Positions 38,859 to 52,090 are shown, counted from the stretch's first letter. The stretch is 64,000 nt of DNA from Podarcis vaucheri (GCA_965113315.1 OZ220382.1), one strand, 5' to 3'. Numbers and translations: made by a program. The notes: generated by a model not told the origin, from the letters alone.

Positions 38859-39552
38859 TCAATAGGGCTTACTTCTGAATAGACCTTGTTAGCTCTGCAC
38901 TACAAGCCCAGAGTTTAGAATGGTCTAATTGTACCTATGTGGGTATATTGACTCTGCATAGGCATACTGAAAATGGTCATGGAATCATAGAATTGTAGAG
39001 ATGGAAGGGACCCTGAGGATCTAACCCCCAGCAATGCCTGAATATGCAGCTGTTCCGTATGTGGATCAAACCTGCAACCTTCGCATTATCAGCACCATGC
39101 TCTAATCAACTGAGCTATCCAGTAATCCAGTTTTGTTTGCATTTTAATTAGAAACTGCCTAATTTTCCAACCCATATGTGAAATGAAACCCATCAGTCCT
39201 TCAAAATTTGCACTTCTCTAAATGTTGTGGCACAGTTGTTCAACCAAACAATATGCACGAAAAGGTATATATTAGGTGTTCTTAACGGCTTAGTTGGCTA
39301 GAGTGTGGTGCTGATAACACCAAGGTTGCAGGCTGGTCCCTGTATGTGACAGCTGCATTTTTCTGCCTTGCAACGGGGTTGGACTAGATGATCCTCAGGG
39401 TCCCTTCCATCTCTACAATTCTATGATTCCATGACCATTTTCAGTATGCCAATGCAGAGTCAATATACCCACATAGGTACAATTAGACTATTCCAAACTC
39501 TGGGCTTGTAGTGCAGACCTAACAAGGTCCATTCAGAAGTAAGCCCTATTGA
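38859..39552. repeat. 163-bp inverted repeat (38859-39021 / 39390-39552) extending out of two inverted CR1-tailed SINEs
   Basis: About 5 mismatches in 163 bp by manual alignment. Confidence 0.9.
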
Positions 39553-39582
39553 ATTCAGTGATTGAATAACTCTATGATTCTA

Positions 39583-40216
39583 CCATATTTTTCACTCCAT
39601 AAGACACACTTTTTCCCTCCTAAAAGGGGGAAATGTGTGTGCGGCTTATAGAGCGAATGCAGGGGGGAGGCAGGTGGGAAAAGCCTCCAAGAGCCGCACA
39701 CAAGCTCCGCACGGCTCTTGCAGGCTTTTCCCCAGGAGGGAGAAGGGAGTGACTGGCCACATCAGTCCCTTCTCCCTCCTCGTAGAAAAGCCTGCAGCTC
39801 CTGTGGGCTTTTGCGGGAGGTGGGGAATACTCCCAGAGCTGCTCTTTGGGGCTTGGGGGGGGGGACCCAGGCTTCCCCCGCCAGCCCCAACAAGCTCCTG
39901 AGCAGCTCTGGGGTAGCCCGCGAAGCCTCTGCAGGGCAGCGGGATGACTACCCCAGAAGCCAGAACAGCTAGAGAAAGTGCTGCGCAGCACTCCCTCTAG
40001 CTGTTTTAGCTTCTGCCTTAGCGGCGCCAAAAGCCCCCAAGAGCCACACACACACACATACCACGTGGCTCATTAAAGAGAGCGCTGAGCAGAGCCTGGG
40101 ATGCATACAGGTTCTGCTCAGCGCTCCCTTTAAATAATTTTTTTTTTCTTGAATTCCCCCTCTAAAAACTAGGTGCGCCCTATGGTGAGGTGCACCTTAT
40201 GAAGCGAAAAATACGG
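39583..40216. mobile_element. Tc1/mariner-type MITE, family B (long)
   Basis: TA|CCATATTTTTCACTCCATAAGAC...GCGAAAAATACGG|TA. Confidence 0.85.
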
Positions 40217-40691
40217 TATATTAGTGAAAACAACATACAAAAGGCATTCTATTAGAGAAAATTGCTTGCAAAAAATGTGTATATTAATCAAAACTACATA
40301 CCTGAATGTGTTTATCAGGAGAAATTTGGCTGGATTGCTGATCGATTCCTGTTAAATTTCTTTCTAAAAATAAAACATAAAAATTGTCAATAGTTGCAAA
40401 GATGTATAGGTCTTAAAGTAATATTGGGGGGGAAAGGAGCTGAGAGAACCAAACTGACAGAAATGTCTATCGCTGGTCATAGATGGATAGACAGATCAAT
40501 CTATTTCTGCTTTGCGTCCCTTTCACCTGTGTCCACTCACATAGGAGTCCATTCTGTCCTGTTTCTGTATCTGTATTAAAAATGCACTCCTAACGATCTC
40601 TATTCATATGTAAGTCTCACTAAATTCAACTGGGCTTACTCCCAGGCACGTTGGGGGCTATGACTGCAGCCTAATCTGTGATGGTCATGAT

Positions 40692-40843
40692 CAGTGCTTT
40701 TTTATATAAAAAAAAACGTTTAGGGGTACAGTACTCTCATTTTCCTACTCATATTGAAAGACTGCCCCTCAGTGAGGCTGAACTTAGATTCAAAGAATGT
40801 TTAGGAGTATGTGTACCCGTGTCTCCCCAGAAAAAAAGCACTG
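40692..40843. mobile_element. Small hAT-type MITE
   Basis: CAGTGCTTTTTT / AAAAAAGCACTG TIRs; 8-bp TSD gtcatgat/gtgatgat. Confidence 0.75.
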
Positions 40844-43021
40844 GTGATGATGATTAAAAGCAGCATGAAAACTAACTTTTAAATGCATATGCTGAATTCC
40901 TGAAGCACCCCAAGTGCAATAGGGCAGAGAAGGGAGTCAGAACACGACCCTGAGTGTGAAAGCAGGTATGGAAGTTTGCTTCCAAACTATCATTTCTATG
41001 TTAGAAGCACAGAAGTGTCTCTAGTTTTATCTGTGAAATGCTTCAAGGTATGGAGACGGGAAGTTCTACAAGCCTGCCATGAATTCCAATGAATCTGAAC
41101 CTTATCTCTACCTTTCCTGGGCAAATGTGCAGATCAGAATGCAATTATCTTTGAATTTTGTCCTCCTCCAACTTTTGCAAAGTAGTTTTCAGCTACAAAA
41201 AAACCCCCAGTGATAATACTGCTATTCACTTTAAAGTACGTACATATTTTAGGGTAAAATGTATTTAGAACTGTACACACCGCAACAAAATATGCATTTA
41301 TGTTTTCTGATAAAATATTCATTTAACTATGAATTTTATGTTGAATTTTTTTTTATGTATGGTTTCATGCAGAAATGAGATGGAACTTTTGAATGAGTAA
41401 ATGCAAAATTAACCTGGATGAAAACAGATTGATCCCTCTCTTTCTATTAAACACTCAGTTTCATCTTGAACTGGGCACCTACCTTTCAACATTTTGCGGA
41501 CAGAAATAGGGACATGCTTGTAGCACTCATTCCAAAGATTACAGCTCCAATGCTCATTCCAAGGATTACACTACCACTGTTACACTGAATTGTGGCTCCA
41601 CTCTGTCTACCCTGTCTTCTGCCAATTTTAAACCATGGGGAATGTTTGTTGTTTTGATTACCAATATATGCAAGGGGAAATCCTATTGCCTTGCAATAGA
41701 TTACCAATGGCTCAAAACATGTATCTGCAACTGCAGTCTATGAAACAGCAGGCAATGCACTGCACAGTGTCTCTTAAATTACTGAGGTGCCACTGCTACA
41801 GAACTAATAAATCAGCTGCAACACTGAGGCTTCATTCACTTATTCATCACATAGCCTGACATGTGGCATACATAACCTGTAAGAAGTGCCTTTCTGCTTT
41901 CTGCTTAGGGCACACAGGACAGTCCCTATGGAAAAGAATCAATAGACACACAAATCTGACATAAGAAATGACAATAGTCAGAAAACAGTAGGACAATATT
42001 TTGAATAATTCAGTCTACCTGGACACTCTAAGGATCATCCTTGAACCAAGGAATTTCAAAGGGAGCCACAAATGTGATACTGCTGGATTACAAGTAAATC
42101 AAGATATTCAGCTCAACTGAGTTTCCAGACAATAGTTTCCAATTGCATTTTAGATGTTAACTAGTCTCTGCATTACCTGGCTGATTGTTTTATCACACAC
42201 CACTTCTGTTGTAAAGGGCCACTGTGCTTATTCTGGCTCAAACTGAATTGCCGCTGTCTGTACCTTTTGCATTTCATTTCCCTCTAAGCTCAGGGTTTGC
42301 CACCTGTCCCCTCTGCGGTGCATATATTTACAAAAACACTTTGTGCATCCAAGGCAAGTTCATGCCATACTAAATTTGTTGGCCTTTGAGGTGAGTCTTA
42401 AGGTTCATGCACATGCCTTGACACCAGAGGTGGCGGACTCCACTTTCCACTATGAGAAACAACTTCAGGAGAGAGAGATGACCCTGAAGAACAACAACAG
42501 CTCCCTATTGTTCACACTAAGCACGTGAAAAATGCCCTCTTCACTGGCACGTGCTTTATAAGCACAGGTACAGAAAAACAGCAACAGCTGGTGTATAAGA
42601 AAAATACAGCACACAGTGACCCTCAGATCTTGATCATAGATATTTTTACAAGGGCACAAGCAAAGAATACTTCTCTATTCGTAACATGTGCAGCTGGCAT
42701 TGAGTGTGAGCTTTCCAAAACATTGCTCAGTCTTCGCTTGTTGTGCATGTCTGTTTCTATTTCTGCCTGCTAAATCAAACAGATTTTGTGCAAACTTATC
42801 CTCCGGGAAAATATACATGTGACTCTGTTTTGGAAGTCATTCTTGCATTGGGCCTAAATCTTGCACACTAAAATCCAGTCATTTGCCCCACTGACAAAAC
42901 AAAATCCTTTTGTATTCCTGTACTCAGCTCAGTGACCACTGCATACTCTTTAACAGTAACAGGAAGATATTGACAAATGAATCCTGTAAATATTGTCATT
43001 GCAGTTAAACTAGTCACTTAC

Positions 43022-43135
43022 CTGGATTGAACCAAGTGTGCACCACGAGTTCCTGAGCTGACAGGCAAACGCACACAGAAACTCTGAATTTTCTACTGCA
43101 AACAGAACTCCCGGCTTCTTAACCTGAAAACTTTT
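43022..43135 (-). other. CAPN6: Probable non-coding exon 1 (5' UTR) of CAPN6
   Basis: Perfect donor CAG|gtaagt at 43022/43021; ATG-free. The 5' part AGTTTTCAGGTTAAGAAGCC resembles, from recollection only, the start of the mammalian CAPN6 5' UTR. TSS position is approximate. Confidence 0.6.
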
Positions 43136-43460
43136 TGGACTGTACCAAGATCTAATGAGTCGAGGGGGAGGTTCATAGTAACTTTTGTCTACTTTTCCCT
43201 CCTTCTCTCTTGTGGGAAAATAAAACACAGCTGGAAAGGAGTTTTCTTTGGTTCATTCCTGGGACACATATGCTAAAGAGTATTACCGTTAACTTCCGGT
43301 TTTTTAACAAACAAGGACATATTAGGAAGGAGGATACCAGGCAGTTTGTGGAGGAATTCCTTTGCAATAAACTGGACAGGCGTTGGCATGCTTGTTATTA
43401 TAGATGGAGAATAAAAAAATGAGTGGGCTTGTTTGTGAAGTTGTCTTGCGATCTCCACAT
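43136..43460 (-). promoter_or_regulatory. Putative CAPN6 proximal promoter
   Basis: Repeat-free block just upstream of the putative exon 1. Contains an AP-1-like TGAGTCG (~43156), E-box CAGCTG (~43228), M-CAT/TEAD CATTCCT (43254-43260) and ETS ACTTCCGG (~43292). Confidence 0.45.
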
Positions 43461-44173
43461 GGGTAAAAATGCACAAGACACGTTCCCTGCCTATTTTTAC
43501 GCTGTTTCTCTTTGGCAGATTTCGTCAACAGATTTCGAGCTGGTAAGAGATAAACTGTGAATGTCAGCTTTGTCACCAAGCAGCCAGTTAAGGCTGGTCC
43601 ATTAGAGAGACTGGAGCACCAGCTCACCACCTCAGACAGCCCCCACCTGCATGCCTTCTTCCTAATATCCAATCTGGTGTGTGGCACTGGTTCTTGGCTT
43701 CCTCCTCTTCCTCACTTTGATTTGCGTTTTTAGAACTTAGAAGGGAGAAGGGTGAGGACAAAATCAGTGTGCCCTTACAGTCATTAGCTCTTGCTCCACC
43801 AACTGCTGGCCTCCCTGCCTTCCACCTTGACTGTCCCAGTGGACACAGGCTGCCACTGTAGCCAGTGGTGCAGTGGAAAGGGGCACAAGTCTACAGTTTT
43901 GTTCCGAGCAGAAGCAAAGATGCCATCTGCCAGAGAACCAGGTTAACTGATGGGCCTTCCTTACTCTGGTGAGCAAATGAGGTGATAATGAGGCTTTCAA
44001 GTTTCTTTGTGACACATTATCATCAGAGGAAGTCAGAGAATGAGGGAAACAATCAAGCAGAGGCTAGATACTTCTTTCCTTCTCTTTCATGGGGTTCCTA
44101 CTTCATGCTGATCATTTAAATGTAATGCATTTGCGAGATTGCTTGCATTTCTAATTAAAAACTGCATGCAAAC

Positions 44174-44221
<48 letters not shown>

Positions 44222-44661
44222 AGTTATATCCCAACTTGAAGGAAAGGAGCTCAAAGTGGTGTAGATCGTTCTCCTTCTCCCCACATTATGCTCCCAACAA
44301 CCCTGTGAGAGGGGGTAGGATTCATGGCAGTGGTTGGCCCAAGTTTCATGGGTTAGTGGGCATTTGAACCATGGTCACCCAAGGCCTAGTACAACACTCT
44401 AACCACCACTGTCTCCTCAGAAGGGGTGGCTGTTTGCTATGATCAGCCAGTTAGTGTAAGCCTTGGTGGCAGTGTAGTGGTTAGAGTGTCAGACCAAGTC
44501 CTGGGAGACCTGTGTTCAAATTCCCTCACAGCCACATAAAAGCTCACCTGGGTGACGTTGGGCAAGTCTCTCAGTGTAACCCCAACCTGTCTCACAGGTG
44601 TGAGGATAAAATGGTGTGGGGGCAAAGAACCATGTGTATTACCTTGAGCTCCATGGAGGAG

Positions 44662-45014
44662 AAAGGGTAAAGGGGACCCCTGACCATTAGGTCCAGTTGT
44701 GGCCAACTCTGAGGTTGCGGCGCTCATCTCGCTTTATTGGCCAAGGGAGCCGGCGTACAGCTTCTGGGTCATGTGGCCAGCATGACTAAGCCGCTTCTGG
44801 CGAACCAGAGCAGCGCACGGAAACGCCGTTTACGTTCCCACCGGAGTGGTACCTGTTTATCTATTTGCACTTTGACGTGCTTTTGAACTGCTAGGTTGGC
44901 AGGAGCAGGGACCGAGCAACAGGAGCTCACCCCGTCACGGGGATTCGAACCGCCGACCTTCTGATCAGCAAGTCCTAGGCTCTGTGGTTTAACCCACAGC
45001 GCCACCCGCATCCC
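44662..45014 (-). mobile_element. Sauria SINE
   Basis: Reverse complement of the 24260 copy. Confidence 0.9.
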
Positions 45015-45896
45015 GTAATGGTGGAAAGGTGGGAGAGAAATGCAATAAATAAACAAACAGTGCAGGAAGTCATCCCCTTTGGAGATCTTAGTGGGGGAAG
45101 AGAATACCTGGCCCACCAAGTGGATCCAGTTGCCCACTCTTGCTTTGGAAAAAAAAGAAGCTTTGGGCTGCTCATCTGTGCTGGTGGTATGGCGACAACT
45201 TTCAAAACTGGGGCAGAAAGGGTCAAATCTTTAATAAGGATTTGCTGTGACTTTCCCGTTTTGTATTACCTCTGCCTTCATTCTTAGAAAATTACATTTC
45301 GCCTTTCTTGAATTTCAAAGTGCTGGTTCCCTGACTTTCAGCATAATCAGATCAGAGATGGTTCCATTGTTCTCACAAGTTCATTTTGGGGTTGCTTATT
45401 TGATGCTTCAAATCCCATTGATCCTGGTGGAACATGAGCAAGCATTCTGGGATCAAGCTTTGCACCCTGCTTCCTGCTCCCCTCCATCAGTGGAACATGC
45501 AAACTATTGTGTATTTTATTTCTGGGTGCCAACGGCAAGCCCCCGACTTTTGCAAACACACAGCAAACACTGTTAGTTAACCTCTTTTCAGCAACGGCTG
45601 TGCTCGGCATAAATTATTAATAAAATTGCCCTGTGCGAATTGCTTAATAAAAAATGAGTTCGTTTCCAGCAGGGATTCTCCCCAAGGCAACATGTTTATT
45701 TTATTTTTTCTAATCTAAGCAGTTTTGTTCAGAGAAGGGACCCAAGAGGGGAAGCGTTTGGATCCACAACACAATCTGGAAAAGGGTTTGCTACCTGTTT
45801 ACATGGCAATATGGCTCAAGTCAAGAATACTGCATCAACATGGGGGAGCCAAAATCCTGCCAAAACATCTGCTACAATTTTAGCTATATCAAAACA

Positions 45897-45977
45897 GGAC
45901 ATTTCTTAGATAGAACCATCTAAATGGAACATTTTTTAGATAGCACCATCTAAACGGGACATTTCTTAGATAGAACA
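45897..45977. repeat. 30-bp tandem repeat, ~2.7 copies
   Basis: GGACATTTCTTAGATAGAACCATCTAAA unit. Confidence 0.85.
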
Positions 45978-46068
45978 TTTTTGTTTTTGTTTTCCTTTTA
46001 TCTGATAGATAGTAGCTTAAGTACAGCTGCATGTAAACATTAGTGTTGTGCAGAGCATTTGTCCTGTA

Positions 46069-46723
46069 CAGTGGTACCTTGGTTCTCAAACACCTTGGTT
46101 CTCAAACGCCTTGGCTCCCAAATGCCGAAAACCCGGAAGTGTTCTCGTTTTTGAATATTTTTTGGAAGCCAAACATCTGATGCAGTTTTTGGCTATGGTT
46201 TCTGGGACACCTGTACCAATCAGAAGATGGGCCTTGGTTTTTGAACATTTTGGAAGTCAAACAGAATGGATTAAGTTTGGCACTTTTGTTTTTGCTATTT
46301 ATTTTGCATTTTTGTTTTTGAGGCTTTTTTAGTTAATTTCTTTTTCTGACTGTGTGGAACCCAGTTCAGCTACTGATTGATTGATTGATTGATTGTGTGA
46401 CTGCAGAAATGGATAAAAGCCCCCCCCCCATCCAAACAATGACTATCCATCAGTGCACGTAAGAAAAAATAATAATTTTAATTTTTATCATCTACAATAC
46501 TGTCTTATTTATTTTATAGTACAGGACATTGATTATTGCTTTCATTTTATGGATCAATGGTCTTGCTGGATAGTAAAATACATGTTAAATTGCTGTTTTA
46601 GGGGTTGTTTTTAAAAGTCTGGAACAGATTAATCCATTCTGCATTACTTCCTATGGGAAAGCGTGCCTTGGTTTTGGAAAGGACTTCCAGAAAGGATGAA
46701 GTTTGAGAACCAAGGCACCACTG
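46069..46723. mobile_element. Tc1/mariner (Tigger-like) non-autonomous element
   Basis: TA|CAGTGGTACCTTGGTTCTCAAAC...GTTTGAGAACCAAGGCACCACTG|TA. Confidence 0.85.
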
Positions 46724-48084
46724 TATTATTTCTTTCTATCATCCTCCATCAATTAATGAGAAAAGAAATTGGACTCCATAATTATCAAAGGACAGGGAAA
46801 ACCTGTTGAAGCAGAGGAGAGTGCCCCTGCTTAATTTTGAGGTGGATGAAGGGTACCTGTGAGTGCCCTTTCTTTGGTTCTGCAAATCATCTTACCTGTG
46901 GTTCACACTCTGCATCCTTCCTAGATGTCCACACTTCAGTCAAAGCCCAGGGGAAGACATCATGAGATTTTTTCAGATCAGGAACCACAAGCAGCCGGGG
47001 GGGGGGGAGGGAGGGAGGTGCAGAGCACTGCAGAAATGTTCACACTGGAAAGAAAAAAGCACACGCCATCCTTGGTCACCTTGCCATCAGTGCTCAAAGC
47101 CCCACACCCTTGGAATCTTTGAATCAGAGAACTGTACGACTGGAAGGGACCCCGAGGGTCATCTAGTCCAACCCCCCACAATGAATGAATCTCAACCATA
47201 GCATCCATAAATTCTAAACAGATTTGCAAGTGCTCTGAGAATGAGGCAGGGTGGGTGGGGGGGAGACAGACTCTTTTGTAGAGGAAACCTTGTAAGAAAC
47301 AGGAGGCCAGATTTTGGCAAAATAATACTACTAGCACTAGCATCAATGCCAATTCTTGTTAGGTATTCAGAAAGAGATTGGGAAGGGAACAAAAGGTTCA
47401 TCTAGTCCATGGATAGGCAAACTAATGCATCTCTGGGTTATTTGTGGGGCATGGGAATTAATTCATCACCGCCATCAGGCTCAGCTCCAGAAACTTGGTC
47501 CAGCTGCTCAAGCTGGGTGGTGCAGTCTTACCTGACCAAGTCCTGGTAACTGTAGGACTCTGGGACAGTGCTTGGAGAGAACTATTTTCAATTAACAAAG
47601 TCCGCATAATTGGTTAAAGGTTTTTTTTGTGTGTGGTTTTTTTACACCACCTGAAAGCAATTCCCATAGTTGCTGGGTGAGTGGAACATAAATTACATTT
47701 CTTTTGAGGTAGAACGCGAAGGATTTCTACTTCTACCTCGACTACAAAGCGGTCTATGTAGGGATGGTTTTGGCTCTGCTTCAGAAGCTGCAGCTGGAGC
47801 GGAATGCGGGGCCAGATTGTTGGTGGGAGCTTCTGGTCAAGAGCATGAGACTCTCTTCTTGAAACAGCTGCGCTAGCCGCCCATCCGCTACCAAGCCAAG
47901 TTCAAGGATCTTTTGATAATTTGCAAAGCCCTGGAAAACTTAGGTCCAAGATCACGCAGGAAATGTCTGAATCCTGATAGTCCCAGATTGATCACCAGGT
48001 TCATCTGCAGTAGCATCCTTGGTCATTCCCTGAATCGGTGAGGCTCATTTGACAGCATTATGAAACTGAGCCTTTATAATAATA

Positions 48085-48538
48085 CAGTAGTACCTTGGTT
48101 CTTGAACGGCTTACAGTGGTACCTCTGGTTGCAAACTTAACTTCGATCCGGAGGTCCGTTCTTAAACTGAGGTGCCACTTTAGCTAATGGGGTCTCCCGC
48201 TGCTGCTGTGCCCCCGGTGCGCGATTTCTGTTCTCATCCTGAGGTAAAGTTCTTAACCCGAGGTACTTTCGGGTTAGCGGAGTCTGTAGCCCGAAGTGTT
48301 TGTAACCCGAGGTACCACTGTAGTTGTCAAACAAATCGGCTCCTGAATGCCGCAAACCCGGAAGTATGTGTTCCGGTTTACGAACGTTTTTTGGAAGCCA
48401 AATGTCCAACGCGGCTTCCACTTGATGAGTGCAGGAAGCTCCTGCAGCCAATCAGAAGCTGCCCCTTGGTTTTCAATAAATTTTGGGAGTCAAACTGACT
48501 CCCGGAATGGATTAAGTTTGAGAACAAAGGTACCACTG
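48085..48538. mobile_element. Tigger-like MITE containing a nested family-A MITE (48114-48320)
   Basis: Two sets of TIRs, each flanked by TA. Confidence 0.85.
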
Positions 48539-48719
48539 TAATAATAATAATTTATTATTTATACCCCGCCCATCTGGCTGGGTTTCTCCAGCCACTCTTT
48601 CGTGTCATTGGCCTAGTCTTGTGGAACACTTTGCCACTAGAGATCCCAGGTGCCTTCTGTGCCAGCTTTTAAATGCCTGCTGAAAACTTTTCTATTCCTC
48701 CAGGCCTATGCAGGCAATA

Positions 48720-48965
48720 GAAGAAGAAGAAGAAGAGTTTGGATTTGATATCCCGCCTTTCACTCCCCTTCAGGAGTCTCAAAGCGGCTAACATTCTCCT
48801 TTCCCTTCCTCCCCCACAACAAACACTCTGTGAGGTGAGTGGGGCTGAGAGACTTCACAGAAGTGTGACTGGCCCAAGGTCACCCAGCAGCTGCATGTGG
48901 AGGAGCGGAGACACGAACCCGGTTTCCCAGATTACGTGACTACCGCTCTTAACCACTACACCACA
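48720..48965 (-). mobile_element. tRNA-derived SINE with (TTC)n tail
   Basis: Minus-strand head TGGTGTAGTGGTTAAGAGCGG...CCGGGTTCGTGTCTCC; (GAA)n tail on the plus strand. Confidence 0.75.
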
Positions 48966-49938
48966 CATTATTCCAAAATGGTTAACTGATGCCTGTTTCT
49001 TATTTTTTTATACGTTTTTTATTATATGGTTTTATGTTTTATTGCTGTGAACCACTTTGATGTATTTTTTATGACACAGCAGTATACACATATCTTTATA
49101 AATAAATAAAATCTCACATGTGCTTTTTTACTAGTTATACTCTGTGGGTCTTTAAGCTTAAAGATCAGAATTGTTGGGGGAAATGAATTAAACAATACAC
49201 CTTCAACAGCCTCTGCATTTAGATGTATACTTAGTGTTCTTAAACATCCTCTATGCTTCAGCACAACAGCCTGTAATATTCGGAATGTGGGGTGGGGAGT
49301 TTGGATGAAATCGAATTGAGAACTGAAAGTGAACCAGACTGGCCTATCTGGTGAAAAGATGAACTTAAAGAGCAATTGGTTCCCTATTTTGGACATGTGG
49401 AGCTTGAACAAGAATAAATACCTTGGAAAAAATGAACTTTCCAAATTCTGTTCTTGAAGGGCCTCAGGTGCCATCTGCCAGAGAACCAGATTAATAGTGA
49501 GCAAATGAGGTGATAATGAGGCTTTCAAGTTGTGTGAGGCTTTCAAGTTGTGTGCATGGCAGCAGCAGGAGGCCCCATTAGCTAAAGTGGTGCTTCAGGT
49601 TAAGAACAGTTTCAGGTTAAGAACGGACCTCAAGAACAAATTAAGTACTTAACCCAGGGTACCACTGTATACACCACTTTTCCTCCAACGAGCTCATGGT
49701 ATCGGTTCTCCCCCTCCTTGTTTTATCTTCACAACAAGCCTGTAAAGTTGGCAAGGCTGGGAAGGCTGTAACTGGCCCCCAAGGTCACCCAGTGAGCTTC
49801 ATAGCCCAGTGGGGATTGGAACCTTGGTCCCCCAGGTCAAATGCTATAACCACTACACCACATGTTGATTTATACAGTGAACGGCTGGGAATTCTGGGAC
49901 CTGTAGTCCTTCCTCTTGCTTCGAATAATAAACAAACA

Positions 49939-49979
<41 letters not shown>

Positions 49980-50552
49980 CCAACTCTCTTGCAAGCCTGA
50001 GCTTATTCTCGGTTTTAGCCTGCCTGACCTTCTCTCTGCAACTGTTGGCTTCTCGTGCATACTCTTCCTTTTGTGATTTCCCCCTTCTTTCGTTTCTTAC
50101 CGTGCCTTTCTTCAGCTCACCTGTAAGCTCCTTAGGCAGCCACGCTGGTTGCTTTCAGTTCCTCTTTTCTTTCGTGTTGGAATTGTTGCTTGAATGCTGA
50201 TGGTTCCTTATTTTTAATGCGAACTTGCCTTGGGCAGCTCTCAGATAGAGAATAGCCCTCTGTAGACACACAGCCACCATAATAAGAGGGCATGGCTATT
50301 ACCACCATGGTCTACCTGAGAAATTCTCTGAGGTATTTCACAGCCCCCTGCCCGGAGACAGAACGCTAAGCCAGGTGCGTGATATTACTGACCCAGAAGG
50401 GAAATTTTCTTAGGTCATAACAACAGAGTTCACCGTTCTCTACGGCATCGCAGTGAAATGTTTTTGCGAAACCTGCCCTGGACCTCCGCCATTTAGTTGC
50501 TCTACAAGTGGAAGAGCTGTATTTGCATTAGGAGTTGTTGGAAACCGAAATT

Positions 50553-50571
50553 GCTCACTAGGTGGCAGCAT
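50553..50571 (+). promoter_or_regulatory. CTCF-like binding motif
   Basis: TCACTAGGTGGCAGCA is a close match to the CCACNAGGTGGCAG core; octamer ATTTGCAT at 50521. Confidence 0.55.
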
Positions 50572-51835
50572 TGCTCAACACTGACCTAATCTCCCTCTTA
50601 ACCTTGCTGCTTTGTAAGGTATTGAATTTTTCAGGCAAATCACTGCAGCTGGCATCAAATAGGATCCTTCCGTTCGACAGGCTCCCTGCTCTGTCCCCCT
50701 CACAATTCTTCCATCAAGCATGTGCAAAGGGCACAGATTAGAAAAGTAATGTGTGTTTGTGGGGCAGGGATTAGAAATGTAAGAAGGCATTTTTGTTCCC
50801 TTCCCCCTGTCTTTATTGAATGCAGCAATGCTTCCATTCCACTGTGGTTCGCCGTTCACCAAAGCCTACGTTGTCCATCTTGCTGTCCTCTGTGGCTGAA
50901 TTATGTAATTTATGTAAATTACGTTGTAATTATGTTGTCATTATGGGCTAGATGAGCCTTTGGCCCAATCCAGAAGGATCTTCGTTTATTCTTTATGCCT
51001 CCCTTATGATGACAATCCCCATAGCCACCCCCTGAGAGGAATCCATGCCCACTAATGGGAGCTGTGTGACTTCTGTAAATAGAAAGGGGCCCCAGTCAGG
51101 ATCATGACCACAGCACAGAGATGTGATTTTAACCATTTTTCTTTTACCGCTCTCCTGACAGAAGTTTCCTCTCTCCCCACCACTGTCAAAGCTACCAGTT
51201 GACACAGGACAAACATTTCTTCATATATGCATACTTAAACTATAGATCTTGCTTACCCAAGATGTAATGGTAAGTCACCAATTTGGATGGCTTTAAGAGA
51301 TTAGGGACATTCATGGAGGATAAAGCTATCAATGCCTATTAGCCATGATGGTTATGTTCTACGTCCACGGACAGACACAACATGCCTCTTAAACTCCATT
51401 ATTGGGAACTGCAGGAGAGGAGAACACTGTCATGTTTGGTTTCTGTTTGCAAGCTTCCCATGGGCATCCGGTTGGCCACTGTGAGGACAGTGTTCTGGGC
51501 TAGATGGGCCAGCAATATGTTCTAGTTGGTGTCAAGAAGCCTGTGGTGTGCCAGGCATTGCTTGACTACATCTCCCACCATCCAGGACCATTGACCATGC
51601 TGGCTAGGGCTCATGGGAGCTAGAGTCCAGCCAAACCTCTAGAGAGCCCCAAGTTCTCCAGGGACTCAAGGAGAAAGGTAGTCCTATAGGTGCAGTGGTT
51701 CCCAATTAGCAAAGTATTACAGACCCCTGTTTTTCAAAAGCCAAGCCATGAACCCAGGGGTGTAGGAAGAAGGGTGGGGCGGTTCGCCCCGGGTTCCATC
51801 ATGGAGGGGGGTGACAAATTATCAAGGAACAATTA

Positions 51836-52077
51836 CAGTGGTACCTCGGGTTACATACACTTCAGGTTACATACGCTTCAGGTTACAGACTCCGCTAACC
51901 CAGAAATAGTACCTTGGGTTAAGAACTTTGCTTCAGGATGAGAACAGAAATTAGGCGGTGGTGGTGTGGCGGCAGTGGGAGGCCCCATTAGCTAAAGTGG
52001 TGCTTCAGGTTAAGAACAGTTTCAGGTTAAGAACGGACCTCCGGAACGAATTAAGTTCTTAACCTGAGGTACCACTG
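51836..52077. mobile_element. Tc1/mariner MITE, family A
   Basis: TIRs and TA TSD. Confidence 0.9.
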
Positions 52078-52090
52078 TACTGCCCAGCTA

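Noticed and set aside
45897-45977. Regularly spaced 30-bp repeats (CRISPR-like look)
   Set aside because: Simple tandem duplication with no unique spacers, in a eukaryotic context.
46890-46970. Minus-strand donor CAG|gtaaga at 46896 as an extra 5' UTR exon
   Set aside because: No supporting acceptor or promoter features; the motif alone is expected by chance.
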